Made by a program: the position numbers and the translations under genes
The notes under the pieces: model-generated
The model's database searches: none
What the model was told of the DNA's origin: nothing
The model's input: only the letters and a program-made list of their open reading frames with translations
NCBI GenBank assembly: GCA_937892945.1
Contig: CALBIL010000039.1
Span: forward strand, 5,272-69,271
Length of the DNA stretch: 64,000 bases
Reading direction: 5' to 3'
Source of the DNA: an uncultured euryarchaeote
Lineage (GTDB): Archaea > Thermoplasmatota > Poseidoniia > Poseidoniales > Poseidoniaceae
Shown: in pieces, positions 54,051-61,934 of the stretch
Layout of the letters: every line of letters begins with the position of its first letter
Position numbering within the stretch: the stretch's first letter is position 1

Positions 54051-55641
54051 GGGCGATGGGTTTTGCTTGAGAGGGGGTGGGAGATTGCTTCTTTACTTTG
54101 GGGCGACGTACATCTTTGAACCATGAATCAACACCGTTCCAATCTGCACGAATTCCAAGGTCTGCGAGTAAAAGCTTACTGCTGATCCGAGCACTTTCAA
54201 AAATAGTTGGAAGGCCGCTACCGGGGTGAGTTCCTCCACCAACGATGTAGAGATTATTTGCTTCTTCAAAGCGATTATTTGGACGTCGCCATAGCATTTG
54301 CTTGAGGTCGTGCGTTAGGTTGAATACAGCACCTCGATAAATATCAGATGCACCCCAATCATCGGGTGTCATAATCGTTTCCGAAACAATATGGTCGGCG
54401 ATATCATCGTAGCCAAGTTTAGCGAGTTGTTTAATGATCAATTCACGGTAATCGTCTTTGATATCGTCCCATACGATTGACTCATGGGTGTTCGGGACTG
54501 GGACAAGGACATAGACCGTCGAATGGCCTTCTGGTGCAAGACTATCGTCAGTAACACTTGCGTTTTGAACATAGACCGAAGGATCTTCCCAAGTCAAACG
54601 ATGATTGGTGATGTCCTCAAGATTTTGCTCGTATGAAGACGATGCATATATCTGGTGATGTTTTAAGTCAGGATATTGCTTATCGACACCCAAATAGAGC
54701 ATGAAGGTTGAACATGAGTATCCTTTCTTTTCGAGTTTTTTGTTCGACCACTTCTTTCTCTTTTCATCTGGTACAAGCGTCGTCATTGCATGAGCAAAAT
54801 CAGCATTGATGACGACTTTGTCAGCAAGGATTTCTTCTCCTTCAATGCGAACTCCGACTACGGTTTTCCCTTCATAAATCAAAGACTTAACCGGGGTGCT
54901 GCAACGAATGTTAACACCGAGTTCTTCTGCAATTTCGCCCATACGGGCAGTAATGCTTCCAAGACCACCCTTCGCATGGAATATTCCATGTTCGTATTCG
55001 AGGAAGGCGAGGATGGTAAACAACGAAGGTGCATGAAATGGGCTCATTCCAAGATACTTGGTTTGAAAGGACATTGCCAAGCGCACACGCTCATCGTCGA
55101 AGTGTTTGCTAAGGTCGCTTGCAACGCTCGACCAAGGTTTGAGTACGGTTGCAACGCGGATTGCACGCTTTGATAATACGTCAAGCGGACTGGTCCAAGG
55201 AGTCTGTAAGCATTGTTTTGAAAAATCAAGTTTCTTACGGTTTTGAGTCACATACTTTTTGAAACCGTTTGCGTTCTTTTCGCCTGCTAAGTCATGAATA
55301 CGTTGAGTCATTGCTTCAAGATCACTTGTAGCATCGATGTGTCCGCCTGCTCCGAATACCAAGCGGTACATTGGATCGAGTGGCATCAAACCGAGCTCTT
55401 TGTGAGCATCACGGCCAATTGCTTGGAAAATCTGTTCGATGACTTCAGGGTAATGGAAAAAGGTAGGTCCACGATCAAATGTGTATCCGTCCTTGTGAAC
55501 CAGTTTTGTACGACCACCGACTTTCTCTTCTTTCTCAAGAACAGTCACATCAACACCGGAATGGGCGAGCAGTAGTGCACTAGCAAGGCCTCCAGGACCG
55601 GAACCTACAATCAGTGCAGTTGGCTTATTTGCTTCTGTCAT
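54028..55641 (-). CDS. crtI: Phytoene desaturase family (CrtI-like) FAD oxidoreductase
   Basis: ALIVGSGPGGLASALLLA, VLEKEEKVGGR, C-terminal NLYIVGGGTHPGSGLPTIFESA. I start at ATG 55641 (MTEANKP), not the track's 55749. Confidence 0.85.
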   Translation of the reverse strand: MTEANKPTALIVGSGPGGLASALLLAHSGVDVTVLEKEEKVGGRTKLVHKDGYTFDRGPTFFHYPEVIEQIFQAIGRDAHKELGLMPLDPMYRLVFGAGGHIDATSDLEAMTQRIHDLAGEKNANGFKKYVTQNRKKLDFSKQCLQTPWTSPLDVLSKRAIRVATVLKPWSSVASDLSKHFDDERVRLAMSFQTKYLGMSPFHAPSLFTILAFLEYEHGIFHAKGGLGSITARMGEIAEELGVNIRCSTPVKSLIYEGKTVVGVRIEGEEILADKVVINADFAHAMTTLVPDEKRKKWSNKKLEKKGYSCSTFMLYLGVDKQYPDLKHHQIYASSSYEQNLEDITNHRLTWEDPSVYVQNASVTDDSLAPEGHSTVYVLVPVPNTHESIVWDDIKDDYRELIIKQLAKLGYDDIADHIVSETIMTPDDWGASDIYRGAVFNLTHDLKQMLWRRPNNRFEEANNLYIVGGGTHPGSGLPTIFESARISSKLLLADLGIRADWNGVDSWFKDVRRPKVKKQSPTPSQAKPIAHGDGNAA

Positions 55642-55661
55642 GGTGTATACTCCTCGGGTGA

Positions 55662-55671
55662 GCATATAAAA
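55662..55671 (-). promoter_or_regulatory. Candidate TATA box for crtI (leaderless-type spacing)
   Basis: The minus strand reads TTTTATATGC at -30..-21 relative to ATG 55641. Confidence 0.45.
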
Positions 55672-55808
55672 GACCGTTTGTATCCTTGATTTGAGTAATG
55701 AATGCCTTGGACTCACTCGTGTTAATTTCATCAACTCATCATCATTCAATAAGCATCATAAGTCACCCCATAGTGGACTGGACACAGCCTTAGGTTGGTA
55801 GTGATATT

Positions 55809-57059
55809 ATGGCCGATTGGAGTTCAAAAAACCCATACCAGACTCAAATTACTGAGAATTATGTTCTTAACGGTGAAGGTTCCCGTAAAGAAACTCGCCA
55901 CATCGTCTTCGCACTTGGCGATTCAGGCTTGGACTACAAGGTTGGTGATGCACTTGGAGTTGTATCTGAAAATCCCCCTCACATTGTTGAAGAATTGATT
56001 GAAATCCAGGGTTGGGATCGAGACCAAATGGTTGAGACTCACAACGGTGAACGCGACCTCTATACTGCTCTCAAAAAAGATTTTGAAGTCCATCTGGCGA
56101 ATAAGAAATTTGTTCAATCACTTGCTGGAAAAGTAGTGTCCTCTGGAATGAAAATTTCATTAAAAATAGTTGCACGAAGTCGTTCAGATGATGATTGGCA
56201 ATCTTCAGAGTCTTCATCTCTCCCTCCGGGTCTTGCATCAAGTAAGCCTTCAGATGACCCTTCAGCAAAGGTCGAAGCACTTCTTGGTGATGAAAAGGCA
56301 GTCGTCGATTATCTATGGACTCGTGATTATGTCGACATCATGCGAGAATTTGGTGTCAAGTATTCTCCACAAGAATTCTTTGAATTAGCATCGAGGCTCA
56401 AACCACGTTTGTATTCAATTGCTTCATCACATGACGCCCACCCGGGTCTTGTTGAATTAACCGTCGGTATCGTTCGTTTTGAGTATCACAACCGTGCCCG
56501 TGGCGGATTATGCACACAATACATGGCTGATGAAATTAAGACCAATGGTCAACCGATTGGCGTCTTTATGTCACCTACCAAATCATTTATTCTCCCTGAA
56601 GATAAGGATGTTGATATTATTATGGTTGGACCGGGGACTGGAATTGCTCCATTCCGTGCGTTCATGGAACAGCGTGTTTTCGACGGCGGCAAAGGTAAGA
56701 ATTGGCTCTTCTTTGGCGACCAATCGTCCAAAACGGAGTTTTATTACCAAGAACAAATCGAAGGATGGATGGATTCTGGAAGCCTGTACAGGTTTACGAC
56801 AGCGTGGTCTCGAGACCAAGAAAAGAAGATTTATGTTCAACATCGCCTCAAAGAACACGGAGAAGAGATCTGGCAATGGTTCGAGAACGGTGCCTACTTC
56901 TACATCTGTGGCGATAAAACCTACATGGCAAAAGATGTTCACCGAGCATTGATTGAAATTGCAATGGAACACGGCGGAATGTCTGAAGAAGATGCGACTC
57001 ACTTTATTGGAACGACAATGATGCGTGAAGAAAAGCGTTACTTACGTGACGTTTACTGA
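55809..57059 (+). CDS. CysJ/CPR-type FAD+NADPH reductase domain protein (no flavodoxin domain)
   Basis: RLYSIASS (FAD), GPGTGIAPFRAF (NADPH), YFYICGD, C-terminal RYLRDVY. The N-terminus starts directly at the FAD-binding domain. Confidence 0.8.
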   Translation: MADWSSKNPYQTQITENYVLNGEGSRKETRHIVFALGDSGLDYKVGDALGVVSENPPHIVEELIEIQGWDRDQMVETHNGERDLYTALKKDFEVHLANKKFVQSLAGKVVSSGMKISLKIVARSRSDDDWQSSESSSLPPGLASSKPSDDPSAKVEALLGDEKAVVDYLWTRDYVDIMREFGVKYSPQEFFELASRLKPRLYSIASSHDAHPGLVELTVGIVRFEYHNRARGGLCTQYMADEIKTNGQPIGVFMSPTKSFILPEDKDVDIIMVGPGTGIAPFRAFMEQRVFDGGKGKNWLFFGDQSSKTEFYYQEQIEGWMDSGSLYRFTTAWSRDQEKKIYVQHRLKEHGEEIWQWFENGAYFYICGDKTYMAKDVHRALIEIAMEHGGMSEEDATHFIGTTMMREEKRYLRDVY

Positions 57060-57080
57060 TGGTCTTGCTTCAAATCAAAA

Positions 57081-57106
57081 GTTCTTCTTCCTTCAGAAGA
57101 AAGAAC
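57081..57106. terminator. Hairpin between convergent genes (cysJ-like / SLOG)
   Basis: GTTCTTCTTC-CTTCA-GAAGAAAGAAC forms a 10-bp stem with one bulged A. It lies 22 nt after stop 57059. Confidence 0.4.
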
Positions 57107-57173
57107 AATTTGACTCTTCTATCCCTTGGGTTTCGTTAACTCACATCGAAAGTTCCAATGAGAGTTTCCCTCT

Positions 57174-57647
57174 TTATTGAAGTCCTTCTATCGGCAATTG
57201 GACACTGGTTACGGGGATGCCCTGTTCAATGGCCCGTTCTTCCATACGCTTTGTCCAGATCGAGTCTGGCCCGGGGAAAGAAAGCATGTGAGTCGCTCGT
57301 GCAAGCATAGTCCGAGCCAAAGTGGCTACCGCTTCCGGGCGTCCTGAGTCATGTGCAGAATGCGGGCGGGGTGCAGTCCAAGCTTCACTAAATACCGCAA
57401 GTTGGATGTTGCTGTTATCCGCCCATCGTTCAGCGAGATAGTCGACACCACTCGCTCCTCCAAGAATGATGAGGTCAGGATAGCCATTGGCTTCGACCCA
57501 TCGCTCAAGTTGTTCTTCGAGCCAAGCGTAGTCGTAAAATTTAGAATTGCCGCAAATAATCAAATTCACAACCCTCCCATCTCGATTCAAATCCATTCCT
57601 GCCAATTGGTCGAGGGCCTCTGCTCCAGTCTGGTGTTTCCGCGCCAT
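57174..57647 (-). CDS. SLOG-fold protein (DUF2493/YspA-like)
   Basis: LIILGGASGVDYLAERWADNSNIQLAVFSEAW matches the GGAxGxDxxAxxWA pattern of DUF2493. This is from recollection only. Confidence 0.5.
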   Translation of the reverse strand: MARKHQTGAEALDQLAGMDLNRDGRVVNLIICGNSKFYDYAWLEEQLERWVEANGYPDLIILGGASGVDYLAERWADNSNIQLAVFSEAWTAPRPHSAHDSGRPEAVATLARTMLARATHMLSFPGPDSIWTKRMEERAIEQGIPVTSVQLPIEGLQ

Positions 57648-57669
57648 GTTCTTCCATCGCTGTCATGTG

Positions 57670-57677
57670 ATATTAAA
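57670..57677 (-). promoter_or_regulatory. Candidate TATA box for the SLOG-domain gene
   Basis: The minus strand reads TTTAATAT at -30..-23 relative to ATG 57647, within a ~200-nt AT-rich divergent spacer. Confidence 0.35.
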
Positions 57678-57846
57678 CTTGCGTATTTTTCTATAAACTA
57701 GAAGGAAATTCCCAATTCTCTTCCGCTTTATGTTAAAAAAATACGAAAAATTCCGATTTCCGAGAAGAACTATTCGTTTCAAAAATGCACGTTTCTACGA
57801 CTCTTGAACCGTTGGCATCATAGAGTAATTACTCTTCGACTCATCT

Positions 57847-59187
57847 ATGGCATTCAAGCGTGTCCTCATTGCTAACCGTGGTGAAATTGCTCTACGAATA
57901 CTTCGAACCCTGCGCGACATGGGTATTGAAGCGGCTATTATCCATGGTCGAGAAGACCGATTATCACTCCCGGTGCGATTTGCAGACATCGCTTATGCGA
58001 ACTACAAACAAAACCCATTGGACACTTATTTAGATATCGAATCTGTAATCACTGCAGCGAAAGAGATGGGTTGCGATGCAGTACACCCTGGCTATGGTTT
58101 TCTCGCTGAAAACGCAACATTTGTTCGTCGTTTGAAGGAAGAAGGCATTACTTTCATTGGCCCTTCTGCGGATGTGATCACTTTACTTGGTGATAAAATT
58201 GAAGCAAGAGCGGCAATGGAAGCAGCAGGATTGCCTACAGCAAAGGGTTCTTCCGAATCCATCTCTGATGCCGCAGTTGCATCGACGTTGGCTGAGGAAA
58301 TAGGGTATCCAGTCATCATTAAAGCAGCCGCCGGTGGGGGCGGAATCGGCATGCAGATCGTTGAAGAATCCAGCGAATTTGAAAATGCTTTGAAACTCTG
58401 TCAATCTCGTGCACGTTCTGCTTTCGGGGATGAGAGAGTCTTCGTGGAAAAGTACATTCAAGGCGCTCAACACATTGAATTTCAAGTGCTTGGAGATGGC
58501 AAAAAAGCCATACATTTCGGTGAACGATTTTGTTCGATTCAACGTCGACATCAAAAGTTAGTTGAAGAAGGGCCTTGGCTCAGTGATGAAAAACGAGAAG
58601 AAATCGGTGCATTGGTTTGCAAGGGTGCAGAGTCGGTGGGTTACAAAGGTTTAGCAACGTTTGAATTTTTACGTGATGCCAATGGTGATTTTTACTTCCT
58701 TGAAGTGAATCCTCGTGTTCAAGTTGAACATACGGTGACTGAATTAATCACTGGTCATAATTTAGTTGAACTCGGAATACGTGTGGCTCAAGGAGAACCT
58801 CTTCCGTTTGAGCAAAAAGATATCGTGTTACGAGGACATGCCATTCAATGCCGCCTCAATGCTGAAGATCCTCGAAATTTTATTCCAAGTCCGGGTCGGC
58901 TTTGGGAATGTCACTTTCCTTCAGGATATGGAGTTCGAGTCGATACTCATGCTTATCCAGGATATGAAATGCCAGGCTGCTTTGATTCACTTTTGGCCAA
59001 ATTACTGGTCTGGGGCAAAGATCGAGAAGATGCTGTGAAGCGTATGCGAACCGCTTTAGATGAAACAACGATCACTGGTGTTGAACATTTGATTCCACTC
59101 CACCGTCGAATCATGGACGAAGCAGATTTCCTTCAAAGAGATATCACGATTCAATATATTGACATGCATCAAGAATTACTTGGTTGA
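57847..59187 (+). CDS. accC: Biotin carboxylase (AccC/PycA type), second copy
   Basis: VLIANRGEIALRI, HPGYGFLAEN, GGGGIGMQ, EVNPRVQVEHTVTE. 446 aa. No BCCP or carboxyltransferase gene is adjacent. Confidence 0.9.
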   Translation: MAFKRVLIANRGEIALRILRTLRDMGIEAAIIHGREDRLSLPVRFADIAYANYKQNPLDTYLDIESVITAAKEMGCDAVHPGYGFLAENATFVRRLKEEGITFIGPSADVITLLGDKIEARAAMEAAGLPTAKGSSESISDAAVASTLAEEIGYPVIIKAAAGGGGIGMQIVEESSEFENALKLCQSRARSAFGDERVFVEKYIQGAQHIEFQVLGDGKKAIHFGERFCSIQRRHQKLVEEGPWLSDEKREEIGALVCKGAESVGYKGLATFEFLRDANGDFYFLEVNPRVQVEHTVTELITGHNLVELGIRVAQGEPLPFEQKDIVLRGHAIQCRLNAEDPRNFIPSPGRLWECHFPSGYGVRVDTHAYPGYEMPGCFDSLLAKLLVWGKDREDAVKRMRTALDETTITGVEHLIPLHRRIMDEADFLQRDITIQYIDMHQELLG

Positions 59188-59195
59188 GCACTTTG

Positions 59196-60158
59196 ATGAA
59201 ACGAAAGGGAGAAGAAGCGTCTTCTACTGGACCCATTATGGATGTCTTAATCGTTGGAAGTATTGCTTACGACAGTGTTGCTTCTCCAATTGGTAATGTG
59301 AAAGATACGTTAGGTGGTTCAGCAACCTATGCCGGTCTTGCATGCTCCTTTCATGCAAAGCGCCTTTCATTGAAGCATGTAGGTCTCGTAGGTGTTGTAG
59401 GCGAAGATTTTGCTGAGAAAGACCGAACTCTGCTGGCTGATTATGGTTTAGATCTAAGCGGTATTGAAACAGCAAAGGGTGAGACGTTCCGATGGGCAGG
59501 TTCCTACCATGGTTCGATGGCAGAAGCACAAACGCATGAGACGCATCTCAATGTGTTTGAACACTTTGAACCAAAAGTTCCAGTATCCCATCAATCGCCT
59601 CAAATTACCTTTTGTGCAAATCTTCATCCTGCTTTGCAAGCCAGTGTACTTCAACAAGCGACACCACGACGTCTATCAATGCTTGATTCGATGAACTTAT
59701 GGATCAATATCGCACGTGACTCATTGATTGAAGTTATGCAGAAAGTCGACCTTATCATCATTAATGATGGCGAAGTTCGAATGCTGGCTGATGACGAGAA
59801 TTTGATACGTGCAGCTCGAAAAGTTATCCAAATGATTGGTGCCCAGACACTTGTCGTTAAACGCGGTGAACACGGTGTCATCGCCTTTCATGGCTCAGAT
59901 ATTCTTTCGCTTCCAGCCTTCCCTACGGACAAAGTTGTAGATCCCACTGGATGTGGTGATACCTTCGCCGGTTCAATTGCCGCCCATTTGGCATCAGGCT
60001 CGGGCCCGTTAACTCGAGACGAACTTCGTCAAGCATTACTTGCTGCAACGGTAAGTGCGAGTTTTACGCTTGAATCATTTGGAATCGAAGGCTTACACTC
60101 GATGACAGAAGAACGATTCAATCAACGTTTGTCTCTTTTTGGGCAAATGCTCAACTGA
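59196..60158 (+). CDS. PfkB-family carbohydrate/nucleoside kinase
   Basis: N-terminal GSIAYD...GGSATY and C-terminal DPTGCGDTFAGS (anion hole/catalytic Asp). The track start (TTG 59184) would overlap the accC stop by 4 nt. Confidence 0.8.
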   Translation: MKRKGEEASSTGPIMDVLIVGSIAYDSVASPIGNVKDTLGGSATYAGLACSFHAKRLSLKHVGLVGVVGEDFAEKDRTLLADYGLDLSGIETAKGETFRWAGSYHGSMAEAQTHETHLNVFEHFEPKVPVSHQSPQITFCANLHPALQASVLQQATPRRLSMLDSMNLWINIARDSLIEVMQKVDLIIINDGEVRMLADDENLIRAARKVIQMIGAQTLVVKRGEHGVIAFHGSDILSLPAFPTDKVVDPTGCGDTFAGSIAAHLASGSGPLTRDELRQALLAATVSASFTLESFGIEGLHSMTEERFNQRLSLFGQMLN

Positions 60159-60159
60159 T

Positions 60160-61863
60160 TCAAAGATCAATCCGTGGAAGGCCAGCTTCCCCGGCATGTT
60201 CTGCATGGTGTGTTTTACTGTCTTTTAGTTCATCGAAAGAGATATCATCAAGCACAGGTACGTATTCTTGAGTTTCTTGAACTTCTTGTTCTAAGAACGG
60301 TTGCCGCCGTTCTAAATGTGCGAGCATATGTTGAATTTCACTGTCTGGTAAATTTCCTCCACGGGCTATTGACAGATTCTTAATTGATTCAATTGCTTCA
60401 GTTTGATGGTTCTGAGCCGAACGATGGCGAAGTTCTCGTGTTGAAGTGGAACCACTGTTCTGCTGACTTGTTGAGCGTCCGTTGAGTACCCGGTTTGCCA
60501 GAAGAGTTGCGTTCTCAATAAGATGGGCTGCTGCAGGGGCAACCATTTCACGAATTTTACTTGTTTGTCCTGATTGGCTTCGAGCCTTCGGGCGCAGGCG
60601 CGATTCCGAACGTAGTCCGGCCTTTGGGCGTAATCGACTGTTCACCTTTTGTCCACGCGTAATCTTTTGAGTTGGAATGTTTGGGATTTCTGGTGTATGG
60701 CGGCGTGCCTTTTGAATGAGTGATGTCTGTTCCTCAATTTCATGATTTGACAGTATGGCATCCGATGAACGGAACGCTTCAAGATCAGAATGTGCTTCCA
60801 TGGTGGTTGCCGAGGTATGGCCGGGGATATGTGCTCCTTCTTTCCCAACAAAACTCGGTAGATACATACTCGGTGTTTCAGTCGGTTGAGGTGCTTGGTT
60901 TTCGTGTGGCATATCGGCTTGAGATGCCTGTGCTATGTGATGATAGGAGGAGGATACTGGTGTTGGGTTTGAGTACGACTGATAAGGTGCGTGTTGATGA
61001 TTTTCTAATTGTTGTGGGTAGGGCTGAGGTTGAGTTATTGGTTGATGAGGCGAAGTTTCAATTGAGCCACGACGGCCTTGAGCATTTGCAATACCCCGTT
61101 TGAAAAGTCCATGCTCCGTTATTGAACGATCAGATTTCTCTGTTCGATGGTTGTTCTGCATTTGATTTGCAATTGTCTGTTCCATTTCATCAAAATCTAA
61201 TTCGATATTCTGGTCCATGGTGTTGTGCGAAAGGACTGAATTAGGTAGGTCATTCCCTGGGAGTTCGTCCGTAAGGAAAGATGAGATTGAGGTCGATGAA
61301 CTCAAATGCATAGGTTCGACTGGAACTTCTTGGAGATGCAACATGGCGGTCCGAGGATATTCTAATTCTCTGTTCAAAATATCCAAACCGATTCTTGCTT
61401 CTTCAAGTCCCATTCCACTTTCGAGTCGTTTGAGCAATGTTGACAATCGCATCAACGATGCATCGTTGCCTGTAATTGTGTGGCAGTCTCCAACTTCAGT
61501 ATCAAGAGTGAGTGTTGGTTTGCGGGTTCCAAACCAACCGATGATCATAGCCAAGCCTACGATGGCAGTCAAAATTTGCAGTGTATCGGGAATCAATATG
61601 CGTTCGGCTGCGTAAATCAAGGCACAACCAAACAACGCATAGGTAAAGGAAACAAGTCTGGTGTGATGGTGATGAACTCTCGTTATGTTTGAGAGGCGCA
61701 AATCCAATGCATGACCGCGCCGAGTTTCCAATGAAAGCATACGCTCATTAACAGAAGCTCGTACTTTACCCGAACCTGCCAAGTGCAACGCTCTGAAGAC
61801 CTCGTGGTCTTCTGCACTTACAGGACCTTCGTCCTCTACATTAATGCGCATCCCAGCGCGCAA
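60160..61863 (-). CDS. Membrane protein with long Gln/Pro/Ser/His-rich low-complexity cytoplasmic region, unknown function
   Basis: 567-aa ORF. Two hydrophobic helices lie near residues ~70-115, then a disordered-looking region (PHQPITQPQPYPQQLENHQHAPYQSY..) and an internal repeat SRLRPKA x2. No recognisable motif. Confidence 0.55.
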   Translation of the reverse strand: MRAGMRINVEDEGPVSAEDHEVFRALHLAGSGKVRASVNERMLSLETRRGHALDLRLSNITRVHHHHTRLVSFTYALFGCALIYAAERILIPDTLQILTAIVGLAMIIGWFGTRKPTLTLDTEVGDCHTITGNDASLMRLSTLLKRLESGMGLEEARIGLDILNRELEYPRTAMLHLQEVPVEPMHLSSSTSISSFLTDELPGNDLPNSVLSHNTMDQNIELDFDEMEQTIANQMQNNHRTEKSDRSITEHGLFKRGIANAQGRRGSIETSPHQPITQPQPYPQQLENHQHAPYQSYSNPTPVSSSYHHIAQASQADMPHENQAPQPTETPSMYLPSFVGKEGAHIPGHTSATTMEAHSDLEAFRSSDAILSNHEIEEQTSLIQKARRHTPEIPNIPTQKITRGQKVNSRLRPKAGLRSESRLRPKARSQSGQTSKIREMVAPAAAHLIENATLLANRVLNGRSTSQQNSGSTSTRELRHRSAQNHQTEAIESIKNLSIARGGNLPDSEIQHMLAHLERRQPFLEQEVQETQEYVPVLDDISFDELKDSKTHHAEHAGEAGLPRIDL

Positions 61864-61934
61864 ACCAATTGTGCTGGGTTATCAAACCACCGATTGTTCA
61901 GCGTATTTTAACGGCGATAACACTACCATTTTTT

